Part shown: piece after piece, positions 38,893-51,325 of the stretch
Position numbering within the stretch: position 1 is the first letter of the stretch
Layout: every line of letters starts with the position of its first letter
Assembly: GCA_013239625.1 (NCBI GenBank)
Contig: MU053557.1
Coordinates: forward strand, 5,157,842 to 5,221,841
DNA length: 64,000 bases
Reading direction: 5' to 3'
From: Lama guanicoe
Lineage: Eukaryota
Made by a program: the position numbers and the translations under genes
Notes under the pieces: model-generated
Seen by the model: only the letters and a program-made list of their open reading frames with translations
Told to the model about the DNA's origin: nothing
Database searches by the model: none

Positions 38893-40065
38893 AATTACTA
38901 CACAAATAGAACTGTTTTAAGTTCTGTGCCGTCTTCAGGATGTCAAGTGAAGTTAGCATGTAAAAACAAAGCAAGCAAATTAATCTCTAAGGAGAATAGT
39001 CAATCTGTTAAAATTTTTAAAGTATGCATGAGCCTCAGACATATAAAGAGGCAGAAGGGTTCCAACTTTAGTCAGAGAGGTGTCAGCAAAGGTGATTCAT
39101 TTGAATGTTTCTTAGTCCCCCACTGTTGGTAAGCTGGTCCTGAGTGCTGAGAAGTCCACATTGTCTCTGTCCTGGAGGAGTCTCCGTAGCAGACAGAACT
39201 GTTTGTGGAACTGATGAGTCAAGGGTAGAACTGACTTTAGGTCCTCCCCACCTTGGCATCCTTCTCAGGCAGGCTTCCCTCATGAGAGCAAAGTGGCTGC
39301 CTCGAGCTCTAAGCTTACCTTCTACCCGGAGAAGCAGAAGTCTCCCTCACGATTCCAGCAAAGACCTGGGATGAAGTCTTTGGGGTTCTACTTTGGTTCA
39401 CGGGCTCATTCTTGATCAAATCACTGTGGCCAAGAGGGCTCCTGTCGTGTGCCTTACCCTGGTGCCCGGAGCCTGGCTAAGCATGGGGCGCCGTCGTCAG
39501 GGGAGGGGAAGTGGATGCTGAGCAGGCAGACACGACGCGCATCCCCCTTGAAGGATGACTGCACAGCAACACGGGGGAAGGTGAAGGCCACGGTAGCCGC
39601 CAAGGAAGTGGTGGCTGAGGCTGGGTTTGAAGGGTGTGGGCGGGGTAATGGGGGCGTAGGCACGGCGAATCCCAGAGTATGGGCGTCATAAGGGAGACTG
39701 ATTGGAGTTTGAAGAGCATCAGTTTCGAGGCAGGAGGCCCAAGTTTGCATCCCCGCTCTGCCACTCGCCCTTGGGCAAATTCTGAACTCACAGCCATGCC
39801 ACCTCACCCCCAAGAGGGAAGTGACAGCCCCCACTGACAGCGGTCTGAAGAGTGTCACGGGTGGTGGCCAGCAGCTGGCAAACATTCTGTAAATCGCGGG
39901 CTCTTAATATTATTCCATGTCCGAGGCCGTCTCTACGGGGGCCCCGTGACACAACGACGGAACCATCGGAACCATCGTGGCTTCCCGCTCCTCCCCTGTT
40001 AACCGGTGGTCCGACGGCGTCCACCAGGCGGGCCCAGTAACGTGCCCCGTGTCCTCTCCCCGCAG

Positions 40066-40220
40066 AGGCGGCAAGTGCGGCTTCATCACCTACCGGTGTT
40101 CCGAGCACGCCGCCCTCTCCCTGCGGGACGGCGCCGCCCTGCGGACGCGCGGCGAGCCCTCCTTCCAGCTGAGCTGCGGGGCGCTCCCGCACTTCTGCTG
40201 GCCCCGCCCCGCCGACTACG
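40066..40220 (+). CDS. PPARGC1B: PPARGC1B exon 11 (RRM C-half, RNP1)
   Basis: Boundaries cccgcag|A GGC...TAC G|gtgagt, 155 bp. Encodes [52 protein letters not shown]. Confidence 0.95.
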
Positions 40221-41150
40221 GTGAGTACGCGGGCCCCGCCACCGCCCAGTGAGACCCAGAGCCTGGGGGCGGTGACCCCCTCTGGACACAGCTGCCACGT
40301 GCTGATGGGTGTAACCTGGCAGCCACTTGGCCTGGAGGCTGCCACCTTGTCTTTCCTCTGGCCTCTGGTCCTCCTTGTCCTGTGCCAGGACTGGTACCGA
40401 AGACAGGAGGCCTCTCGTGGCCTCTTGGACGGCCCCATCTTGGGTTCACAGCCAGGTGGCAGAACCATGTCTCCTGTCTCTTTGACCTCACAGGGCCGGT
40501 AGCTGCCCTGCCCCCTTGAGGGGCACTCCTTGGTGGCCCGGACAGGCAACAGCCTTGTCCATTAATGGGCCACAGTGAAACAATATTGTCACCATGCCCT
40601 CGCCATCTGGGGACAAGTTGGTGAAGAAGAACAAAGGACAATTTAGGAGAGAATTCTTCGTAGGGAAGAGTCTGATGCAGCCTCCATTGCACAGGGCTGA
40701 TTGTCAGGCGACCCAGGAGGCTTCCAGGCCAGGCTCCACCTGACTGCATGTCTACTGTGGGGACCCGGTTCCACAGCTGTACGTTGAGGGTGTTGTAGTT
40801 CCGTTGGCTGCCTTATGTGAACTCCACAGTGGTTTCCTGATCGGTAGGAAGCTTTGGGGCAGTAGAATTTGAGGGTCTCGGAGCTGGAAAGGAGCTCTGG
40901 GGCTGGGGTGAGAGTCTAGCTCAGGCCTCCCCACCCTACAAGCAGAGCAGCCGAGGCCCTGAGACACTGATTACATGGCAGGGCTGTCCCCACAGGATGG
41001 CCCAGCCAATGCTCACTGTCCAGTGCTCCCTGAGGCCTCGGGCCATATCCACTCTGTGGGGCTGACCCTGATGGCAGATTTTCTGGTCAGCTGGGCTTTC
41101 TCAGGTGCTCACTGCCTTCCCCTCTCACTGACTCCTCCACCCCCGCCCAG

Positions 41151-41251
41151 ATTCTAATTCAGAAGAGGCCCTGCCTGCGTCAGTGAAAACCAAGTATGAA
41201 GCCATGGATTTTGACAGCTTACTGAAGGAGGCCCAGCAGAGCCTGCACTGA
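41151..41251 (+). CDS. PPARGC1B: PPARGC1B exon 12 coding part (C-terminal [10 protein letters not shown] motif), stop TGA
   Basis: Boundary cgcccag|AT TCT...CAC TGA, followed by TAA. Encodes [33 protein letters not shown]. Confidence 0.97.
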
Positions 41252-44200
41252 TAACAGCCTTAACCTTCGAGGAATACCTCAATACCTCAGACAAGGCCCT
41301 TCCAATATGTTTACGTTTTCAAAGAAATTAAGTATATGAGAAGGAGAGAGAGCGCGCGTGAGAGAGAGAAAGAGAGAGACTCGGAACTGCTGTCCTTTTT
41401 AAAAAAAAAAAATCAATGTTTACATTGAACAAAGCTGCTTCTGTCTGTGAGTTTCCATGGTGTTGACGTTCCACTGCCACATTAGTGTCCTCGCTTCCGA
41501 CGGGTTGTCCTGGCTGGGCTCCAGACGCGGGGTCCGTCACCCACCTCCCCTTCCTCCCCGACCGACGTCCCCTCGTAGACGTGCAGCTGTGTTCACCATA
41601 ACATTTCTTGTCTGTAGTGTGTGATGATGAAATTGTTACTCGTGAATAGAATCAGGATTATAAACTCATTTCTAGTTGAAGAAAAAAAAAGTATATCTTT
41701 AAAATAACGTATTTATGGCTCAGATGTACTGTACCTGGGATTATTGTGTCGCTTCCTTGGTTTTTTAACTATGCACTGTCGTGAGGTGTTTGCCACTGAG
41801 CTGCACTGCTCCCTTTGCCAGAGTGCCCCAGAGGTGCTGGGTAGCCGGAAGGCTGGTGGCCGAGGAGGCGCGGCGTGCAGCCACGACCAGGAGCAGTGCA
41901 GAGAGGTTTCCTGCCTCTTCTGCCAAGCCCTGCCTTGTCTGTCCCAGAGCAAGTTTGGGTCCATTTCTAATCAGAGCCCTTATCTGGTGCCCAGCTCAAA
42001 CTTTAGAGTTTATGCCTGGCCGTTCATGTTTAGATGCTCTCGGACCTTGGAAGGAAGGTGTATTATTCCTGTTTTCCAGGCGAGGCAGAGAGTACCCCAA
42101 GAGGCAGTGACTTGCCCAAGGTCCCACGGCCAGTGAGACTACAGAGCAGCAGTCCAGCCCAGGCTTCCTGACTCCTGGTCCCATTCTCCTGCAGTACCTG
42201 GGGTCACGAGGCGAAGTTGTAGGGACCGGTAGTGGTGGGTTCAGCTAAAATGGACAACAGGCTAGACGCGTATGGGCTCATTTGGGGGGTAAGTCAACAG
42301 CTGACTTTACCAGCATTGGGTGAGTTCAGGCTCTGGCACCAGTCTTGACCCAAGGGATCATGTGATTTGCCTACACCTCTGGACACACCATCAGAGCTTC
42401 AGTGACACACCTGGAGTGACATGGAGAGGTGATCTGGGAGCAGTCATCCTTTTTGGGCCAGCCATCAACCCATCCCTACTCCCTCATCTTGACTTCCCTT
42501 TTCCTCACCTATAAAGCTGTTTTGGTGGCATGCGGCAGGGGGGCAGGAAGTGGGTGTGAGAGATGGGGATGGATAAGACAATCTCCAAGCTCCTTTCTGA
42601 CTTAGAAAACATTCTCATTGGGCTTTACTTTAACATTGTGATCTTGACTGATGTCAAAGCCACGTCCAGCTTGGATGTTCTGCGGGTGCCTTGAGGGCCA
42701 TTCATGAGGGAGAGCATGGCCAGGCAGGGTAAGAGCACACTGCTTCTGCTTCAGACAGAGCAGCTCCAACTTGATCTCTTTCACACATCAGGGTTCCTTG
42801 GGAAATTTTTGTATTTAAGAGAAAAGAAAGGGAAAGGAAAGAAAAAAGGTTCTGCTGCTTTAAAAAAAAAGTTTGAACTTGACTCATTAAACAGGCTGAT
42901 TTAATATATTAATGCCAGGCCTACTTCTTTGAGAATTGGTAGTTATGGTTTTTTTGAGGGGTTTCTTTTTCTTTTTTCTTTTTTTTTTTATTTTTTTGTC
43001 TTTTAAAGATTATCAAATACCTCAGCAGGTTAACTGGGCTGATGAACCTCTCCTGAGAGGTAAGCATACTCCAAGCCCATGGAGAAGGCTGGAGGAGACA
43101 GGCATTACAGGCATTAGAAGGAACAGGGAATTTGAGCTCCTATGTTTCAAGTTATTTGCCCTCTCTGGGCCCCAATTTTCTTTTCTGTGAAATGGACTGT
43201 GGGGGAGAATTAGGCGAGCTAATCTCTAAGGTCCCTGCCAGCTCTGATAGTCTTAGCTTCTGCTGAGATGGTATCTAGCTCAAGATGGCAAATACGTGGC
43301 ACATATTCCACTTCTCCCACATCCTTGGCCAGTGGCAGGCATAACCAATCGATCACAGCACTCATGTTCTTTGAGTTTGCTCATGCTATTACAATCCTCA
43401 ACACAGTGCTCTGAGCAGCCATTAGTAATTGATTAGAGTTTGACACCCTGGTCTAATCTTTGAAAGGTTTCTGTCATACAGAACCAAATGGTGTCTGGGT
43501 TTCATTCTGGCCCATCCCCTGTCTATCATGTCCTGATCTATGAGGAAAAAGTTGCCCTAAAGCCATTGCTTGGCACAGGACTCCCAATACTGCTGTGACA
43601 CACAGTCCCACTTGGGGGTGGGGGCCAAGTGGAAGAGTGGACATGAACATGCCTGGCAAAGGCAGGGCTTATAAGGATGGACCAAAAAGGGGACTTTCCA
43701 CAGCGCAGACCTGAACATTCTAAATTCCTTTTATAGCTATTCACTGCCTAGCACATTGTAGGCACACAATAAGTGGTTATGGAATTGAATGGCATGGAAT
43801 AGAATTTAAATCCATCTGATGCCTCCCCTAAGTCCTGATTTGCACCAAGTAAACTGAGAGTTCATCCTGTGGAAACCAATAGGAAAGCACTCTACATTCA
43901 GAATCTGGAGAGCTGGTTGAGTCCTGGCTCCGCCAAGAACTAACTCTGTGACTTTGGTAAGTCACAGAGTCCCTCCCTCTCCCGGAGCCTCGGTGTGCTA
44001 GAAGGCGTTGGACTAGATGGTCTCTAAACCCTCCTATTTGCTTCTTCCTTGATTGCACTAGGGCAGAGATTCACCCAGGGGCAGATGGTACTTTACAGTA
44101 AAGAAATGCAGGCTTTTAGTAAAGATGGGTCTCTCTCTCTTGGGTCAGCTGAAGCTCCCCTTCCAGTTCACATAAGTACAGGGCACATAAAAGTAGTTAG

Positions 44201-46906
44201 ACACTGGCCCTTGAGCAGAGCAGAGATCTGAGCATAGCACTGGGACGTGATGCCTAAGATCAGGGTTGGGGCACACTAATGGAAGAGGATGCCTGCCAAG
44301 GGCGTCAAGCAGTTTCTGCTCACCGTCCCGTATATGAAAGGCTACAAGTTCTGAAATTGACCAACCCTGCAGACAACCTCTATCTGGAAGACTCATTCGG
44401 TGCTGTGTATTATTTATGAAGGAGACTCCAAGGTCTCTCCAGGAAAACTAGTCAACCTTGGTCTCTTTCTCATCAAATTGAGGAGTAACCCAGAGGGAGC
44501 AGCTGCCATTGGCAACCATCTCATTGTAGCTCTGTCCTAGTATTTGCTCTCGGTCATGTTTACATGTGATTGCCATAAAAGCTTACTGTAGACTGTGTTG
44601 GTAGCCACCCACACAAGGCAGGTTGTGCTGTCCATCTCTGTGCTGTGCTGGTGTTTTCCAAATATGTCCGATCCAACCGCTAAGTGGAATTCTTCCATCT
44701 CCTTCCTCAGTCGGTACAAGGCTGAATCAGAACCCTCACTCTTGGGGGCTCTGGTTACCGAAGGAAAATGCATCAAAGACGTAAAGAATATGAGTGGATG
44801 GAGTGCAGCTAAGGCCCCCACCTCCTTACCCCCACGACACCTTGCCCCCTAACCGGAACACCGCTTTGAGACACTACGCACCAGTCAAATGTCTGCATCT
44901 GCTGTGAGCTCTCACGGCCTTGCATGGTGAATGTGCCCAGGAGAGAGGGCTCTGGGGGCTCTTGGGGCAGGAGGAGGAAGGGAGGAATGCTCTGAGCTGC
45001 AAAGACTCGGTATCAGGTCCTGATGTGGGAAGAGATGCAATAAGAAGTCTTTCTTGCGTAAACCTTGTGATCGTGGCTGTTTGCAGAGCGATTTCTTCTA
45101 GGTGTATGCAGTGTGCATGCTGAGGGGCAGGGAAGGCATGGCAGTGCGGTCCTTCCGCATGGGCTGGTTGGAACCCCATCCCAGGCCTCAGACTGAGTTG
45201 AACTCACTGCAGCTTGAGAGATGAGGCATCCCAACTGTGAAGCAGAATCAACCCTAATGGACTTGTTGGTATGACTCACTGATGTCAAAACTTCAGTATT
45301 TTCTTAGCATTTGAGACTTAGCAGTTGTCCTCAGATATGACCAACCAAGGAAATTGGATGTGCAGTAGCAAATAAAGTGAACCTAATGGTTTCAATGGCC
45401 AAAGAAGAGGGATCCTTTCCATTGGGGCAGAAAGAAACCAGTTAGTGCTTACATGCAGTGTGTTTAAGTTGGTCCTCAAGTCCCCGAGACATTTGCACAC
45501 ATAGAGTGGCTTCAGGGCTGTTCGCTGAGCTCACAGTTACAGGTAAATGGAGGGAGAACTCAGGAGCTGAGAGACCCTTGTGCATAGAGATGCCCTTGGC
45601 CCAAAACAGATGTGGGGTGGGGCACCCCTGGGAGCCGGCTGCTGAACGTCCAGGCAGTAGGCAGCGGCAGACTTTGCACTGAACCAATAAAAGCACTTTG
45701 AGAAAACCACAACACTTCAGCCTGGCTCCATGTTTCTATGCTGGCAAATATGGGTCTCCTTGGGCTGTGTAACATGCTGTCCTGGGAATCAGGATGGGAG
45801 TTGGGAAAGGGGCTGGTGGGAGGGAGGAGAGAGCAGCAGGAGAGCCCATCCTAGGGCCAGCCCCTTGCTGGCCTGTTCATTGGAGGCCCTAGAACCAGAA
45901 CGGTGCTTTTAGATCTTGGTACCTATTAAAAAAAAAAGAAAAGAAAACAGCACAGCCAGTTGAAATGGGTTTGCAGAGCAAGTCATTCATCTATAAGCCA
46001 TTTCAAAGTGAGAAACTCAGAGTTTCTTACTTGCGATGTGATCTTGGGCCTCTGTTTCCTCATCTAGCAGATGGGAATATTGGCTGGGATGCAACTAAAG
46101 TACCTTTCACCTCTGATAGGTTCAGATTCTCATCCTGGAGTATCGGGAGTCCATCACTAACCTGTGAGTCCAGTTCCGTTCTCTGGCTGTGCCAGAGCCA
46201 ACTGGCAGCAGATTCACACCCACGTGGTCCTGGCCACGTTACCTTATACGAGGTTAGCTCCCCAGGACTAATCTAAGCCATAGTTTGCGGCGGGGATGGT
46301 GAGCTGTTCAGCCCCAGCTTGGCTGGGGGGCGATGTCAGATCTCACTTTAGCCTTGTGATGGTCCCCACCGAACAGCTTTCAATTCCAATGTTGGGACCA
46401 CTTGGCTGTTTCTCTCTTGCTCTCAGACAATACTAGCAATACACTTGTTTTTTCAAAATAGCTTAACTTAAGCACTTTTCACACGTTTCTTTCAAATGAT
46501 TGTAAAACATATGGGGCAACAGGAGGCGTGGATCACACTGCATATGTTTAGGGCAGCTTTTGTTTTTGTTTAATGGTACAGCAGTGGTGATTGAGGCTTG
46601 GAGATTCGGGGGACGGGGAGGGGGGAGATTTTCAGATACTCTGTTTAATCAGAATGCCTCGCACGTGCTGAAGCAGCTTCAACTGCCCGAGCTGGGGACT
46701 CGGAAAATAGGGTTTTGTAGCTGCTCAGTCCCTGGGCTGTGCAAGCCCTCAGAGGTGTTTATGTAGCCAGAACTGTATGTTTTGTCCAAGGATCCTCCAA
46801 GGAAGCCAATAAAGCCTCCCTTTTCACTTTGCCAGCCTTGCTCATGGGTGACACTTTGAAGGGATTGGTCAGCTTCCACCTCAGCATTTTGCCTTATCAA
46901 TGTCTC

Positions 46907-46924
46907 GTCGCCATCTAGTGGCCA
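46907..46924 (-). promoter_or_regulatory. CTCF-like motif
   Basis: Reverse complement TGGCCACTAGATGGCGAC closely matches the CTCF core consensus. Confidence 0.6.
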
Positions 46925-48019
46925 AAGACTGTATCCACCAGCTACCCAGACGGAAGGCAAATAAATCCTTTCCACCACTTTGCCGTCTAACACCAACTTT
47001 GGGAATGAAATGCAAGGGCATGAGCAAACTGTCTATGTGTTTAGAGCCCCATGGAACACCAGTCAGAGGCCCCAGAAGCAGCCGCTTAGTAGGCCCTCAT
47101 GCAGACTGAGAAGTACACTGGCTCCCCCTGGGCAGCGGAGACAGGAGTGGACCTGTGCCCGGGTGCCCGGGAGGGGTTTACTGTAACTGCAATACTGGCA
47201 GCCCAGCTGCCGACCTTGTTAAGTGAACCTCTGCTAGGAGGCCCCCACTGGACCCTCGGGACAAACAAAGGGGTTGGGTATGAGGGTTCTGTGGTCGGGG
47301 GGCCGGGCCATGGCCTTTGATATGGTCCACCAAATAGCCAAACAGGTTTTTTCTTCGTTTGTTTTTGTATTTTGTATTTAAAAATCTTGTCAAGTGTTTT
47401 TATGTTAGGAATAAAAAGTCATAAACTACTCCCAACTTTGTTTCTTGAGGGGTGTTCTGATTCCCATGGAAACAGGTTGGAAATCTCAAGGGGTGTGGGG
47501 TCAGGGCGGTCAGTGGACCAGGGAAGTGGACCACGTGAATTTCCAGATGGTTTCTCGGGAGGATGACCGTCCGGAAGTCCGGCTCGGTGCAGTCTGCTCC
47601 GGAAATTCACACCCACCCCCTTCACCTCCTGTGCCACGGTATTAGCATTGGCTTGGAGCGCCTGCTTCTTCCTGAGGCAGCTGCTAATGTTGAAACCAAC
47701 GCAAGATTCCTCTCCCCAACCCCAGGTTTCTAAAGAAACAGTGTCTGTAGCTAGCCTTAATTGACTGGGCAAGGTGGTCCCTATGGTCCCTTATAGCATT
47801 TCCAAATCTTGGACTCAAATCCTTTTCTCTTGGTGTGACCGTGCAGCCTAGAGAATCCTGAGCAATAGGAAGCCAGGGCTTTCCCCGGCTCTGTGACAGG
47901 GTCAAACCAGGGAATGGCTAACCTTGTGAGGTTTGGGCATCCCCAGGGGTACTACCGTAGGGGGCATTATTAGGAAGCTCAACAAGGTAACTACAGCCTG
48001 GGGTGCATGAGTGCAAGGC

Positions 48020-48090
48020 TGTGTGTGTGTGTGTATGTGTGTGTGTGTGTGTGTCTGCACGTGTGCACGCCTGTGTTTATGTGTATGTGT
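48020..48090. repeat. Imperfect (GT)n tract in the 3' UTR
   Basis: gtgtgtgtgtgtgtatgtgtgtgtgtgtgtgtgtctgcacgtgtgcacg. Confidence 0.85.
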
Positions 48091-48650
48091 GGATTTACAT
48101 TGATGCATTTCTTGAGAAAGGTGCAAGAATTTCACCTACACAGAGGGACACATCTGCTTTGTTATTTATAATAGAAAGCAAAATTTTAATTTTTTAAAGC
48201 TGCTAATGATGAGAATCGAGTTTTTAGTTTTGCTATTTTTTTTAATTGGTAGAGGATTTTTATATATTTTTTCCATTTTGTTGGGTTGTGTCCTTATTTA
48301 TATAAATACTTTATCTGTGAGAGGCAAGGAAGAAAACTTCTTTGCTTTTAATTATTGTGGTTGTCATTGTCCCCATTTTATTTCTGGTGTGATTTATCTG
48401 TCTTACCTTCTAAATGAGAAAATGTTTTCCTGTATTTGTACATTGTCAGATTCTATAGTTTCATAGATAATTTAACCAAATTGCTCTATGTATTATTATT
48501 CCATGAGTATAAAGTTCTATTTTAACGTCTGTAAATACTTCAGAACTGGCTTCTTTTCTCAGACTCCCACTGTGGAGTTATTGTTTACATCACAAAAACT
48601 GTAGAATCTCTATGCTCATGTACTGTAAATAGTGAAGTGATCTGCTTATA

Positions 48651-48727
48651 AATAAACTTAACAAATACACTATGGAGATTAAAAAGGAAATAACCACACA
48701 CAGCCCTGCCCAGGTGTGTCTTTCTTT
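48651..48727 (+). terminator. Distal polyadenylation signals for PPARGC1B
   Basis: AATAAA at 48651-48656, ATTAAA at 48678-48683, and GTGTGTCTTTCTTT at 48714-48727. Confidence 0.7.
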
Positions 48728-50304
48728 ATTGGTCCTACATGTTCGTTGAGGGACACACCGACCACTAACTGGAAAAAGGATTCTAGTTTCAGTGTCATCT
48801 GTCAGAGAAGACCCTGGCCAAGGTGTGCCCCTCACGCCTCCAAAACTCTCCGAACTCACCTTTGCCTTCTTCACAGCACTTTTCGTGGGTCTAATGAACC
48901 ATTCAGACTTGCCTCCCCTAACACTGTTCCATGACCTGCTTCTTGCCTCGACTTTTATAGTTATTACCACCTTGTGAATGAGGACTCCCTTGTTTTGATG
49001 TATCAGCTTGTTTACATAAGCACACTAAATATATGTGCTTATACGGAAATATAAGAGGGATTTTGACATCGACACGAATTGACAACTGACCAGAGGGTGG
49101 GGAGAACAGACAAATCGTGCGCCATGTTTGGGTGAACTGGAAACATTTTCCGCTGCTCACTTGCTCCCCGTGAGAGCAGTGAAGAAACGACGTCTTCCAA
49201 GACTTTCAGTCTTGGGTGTGTGTGCACTGTTGCCTCAGTTTCAAAGCACTATTGGGGTCAGCCTTTATTTTGCCCCAAAACTGCTTTAATGTTTAAGTGC
49301 AGTTTGAGTGCATGAATCTCATGTGCTCCCAAAGGTTTGAAACACTGGTGAGGAAAATTATACACAAACAAGAGCAAGTGTAATAAGTCACTCCATTTCA
49401 TGTCATGTGTCAGCTATTTTCAAATTGTTTATTACCTCCACAGACGTGCCCTCATGGTTCAGGTGATTTATTTTCTCATTCTGGAAATTGGAATTCTTCA
49501 GCAAAAAGGGAACACATCATGATTTTTCTCTCTAAAATGGGGGTGTTTGCTCTCAGCAGCAGGGATCTGTGGCATGAATTAGAGTCTTTTGAGAGGTTAT
49601 CCGTGCGATTGATGGCTCAGTACCTATCACCCCCTTACTAGAAGGTTAACTCCAAGAGGGGGATTGCTTCTCCATTTGTTACAGGATGCCCATCCCCATT
49701 AATTAGGAATTCCGAATGCTCCCATCCGTTGCCGAATGACTTTGCACAGCTGCGGCGGGAGGGAGCCGAGCCACAACATCTCGCAGATAAAGATGAGGGT
49801 TCCAGATCCCTCTTGACAGCAAGACCTGCATATATGGGCAGGGTTCATGTGTCAGGAGCCCAGACTGATCTGCTGTTGGCGGTCATGGGGCGCGTGCCCT
49901 GTACATTGTGTTCTCTGTGACCTTGAGCATTTGCTTCTGGAGGGAGGGAAGGCAGGGAACTGTGCCAAGAATTTCCTCATCCCCTCTCTGGCCTTCAGTT
50001 TCCTCGCTTATATAAAGAGGGAGGTTGGAGTGGATCAGTGGTTTACAAACAGTTTGGAGAAATTATGCGTTCCCTCTCCTCAAAGCAACTGCATTAATGT
50101 ATAAGCTTCTGCATAACATTCTGTTAGGGAGGAAGAGAAGTTCTAGAGTTTGCACCCACTTAGAGGAGAACCAGGGACAGAGGAATATGTTACACAGCAT
50201 CACATGGAAGCAAATGGATAAATCCAGAATATGGGACAACTAGAAGTCGACTTGTTTGGATCAGATTCAAACAAATCATTGAAGACATTGTTGCAACATC
50301 GGGG

Positions 50305-50710
50305 GAGAGTCAGGACTGGAGCCACAAGTTAGGTTCCCCAGAGAGCAGCTTCTGCAAAGAGTCTGCCAGATGTTTATTAGGGAGTGCCCTCGGGACCAGG
50401 GCCTGGGGAAGGGAAGGGAGGAGGAGTGGGGAGAGGGAGAAACTGAGCTGTGTTGCGAGCCTGGGGACAGACTTGGTGGGCCCCATGAGGAGCCCCGGAG
50501 CTAGAAGGGCCCTGCAGAGTTGTCCTGTGTTGGGCCAAGGTGGCCAAGCATGGATGCATCACTGGGTGCAGGCCACCCTTGGGCAAACTGTCTCTCTGAG
50601 GATGAGGTCATCCTCACGCCGAGGACTGTCTGCCAACAGCACTCACCGCTGCTGGACCACAGTCTTCCGCAGAGGATCTGTACAGCTCATTGCAGCATCT
50701 GCCACAACTG
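50305..50710. mobile_element. Old ERVL-type LTR (LTR33/LTR16-like; family uncertain)
   Basis: tgtttattagggagtgccct...ggagtggggagagggagaaactgagctgtg...ggagctagaagggccctgcagagttgtcc pattern. Confidence 0.5.
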
Positions 50711-50823
50711 GATATCAGAGGTTCATTTGTTGCATGTGATAATGATGTAGTTGTGTTAGACAATGCTCATATATCTTTAAAGATGCGTAACAGAGGAGTG
50801 AAATGATATGTCTGGAATTTGCT

Positions 50824-51043
50824 TTTATTTCAGCTAAGGGAAAAATGGAAGAGAAATATAAAAGGACAGACAAAGCAAATGTGGCAAAATCTTGATATTA
50901 GAACCTGGGTGCTGGGTAGGTGGGGATCGTTGTAGAAGTCTCTATTCTTGAGAATGACTGAAAATTCGCGTACTATAAGATGAAAGTATAAGAAAAATGA
51001 CCCTAGGTAAGCAGGTGGATCTGGCACTAATTCAATGTTTAAT
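50824..51043 (-). terminator. Candidate PDE6A poly(A) signals
   Basis: Minus-strand ATTAAA at 51038-51043 and AATAAA at 50824-50829, downstream of the stop codon. Confidence 0.45.
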
Positions 51044-51260
51044 TGAGGTCTATGAAAGCTAGCATGTTGGTTCAGCTCAGTAAGACGTTCTCAGGGCTGA
51101 AGAGAGGTTTGAAAGCCACTAAGGAAGATGTAAACTAAATCCTTCAGTTTTCAAACCCTATGACTCTGACTCCTCAAGCAGGTGTGTGGTTCTCCACTGG
51201 CTTGGGTTCTCTTCTCCCGTGGAGGGTGGGGCCGTCCTGGCCGGCAGATCCCCGCTGGGG

Positions 51261-51325
51261 CTACTGGATGCAGCAGGACTTGGATGCAGCGCCTGAACCG
51301 GGTTTCCCCCCGGGCTGATTTCCTA
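51261..51325 (-). CDS. PDE6A: PDE6A terminal exon 22 coding part with CAAX box CCIQ
   Basis: Minus strand aacag|TA GGA AAT CAG...TGC TGC ATC CAG TAG = (V)GNQPGGKPGSGAASKSCCIQ*. CCIQ is the farnesylation signal that distinguishes the alpha subunit. Confidence 0.92.

Larger units (their letters stand above)
41252..48700 (+). other. PPARGC1B: PPARGC1B long 3' UTR (~7.4 kb; end approximate)
   Basis: Follows the stop codon. AU-rich terminal block at 48150-48690 ends with poly(A) signals and a downstream GU/U-rich element. A long UTR is known for this gene. Confidence 0.7.

Noticed and set aside
39788..40549. 253-aa antisense ORF over exon 11
   Set aside because: Stop codons are scarce in this high-GC patch, and no domain is recognisable.
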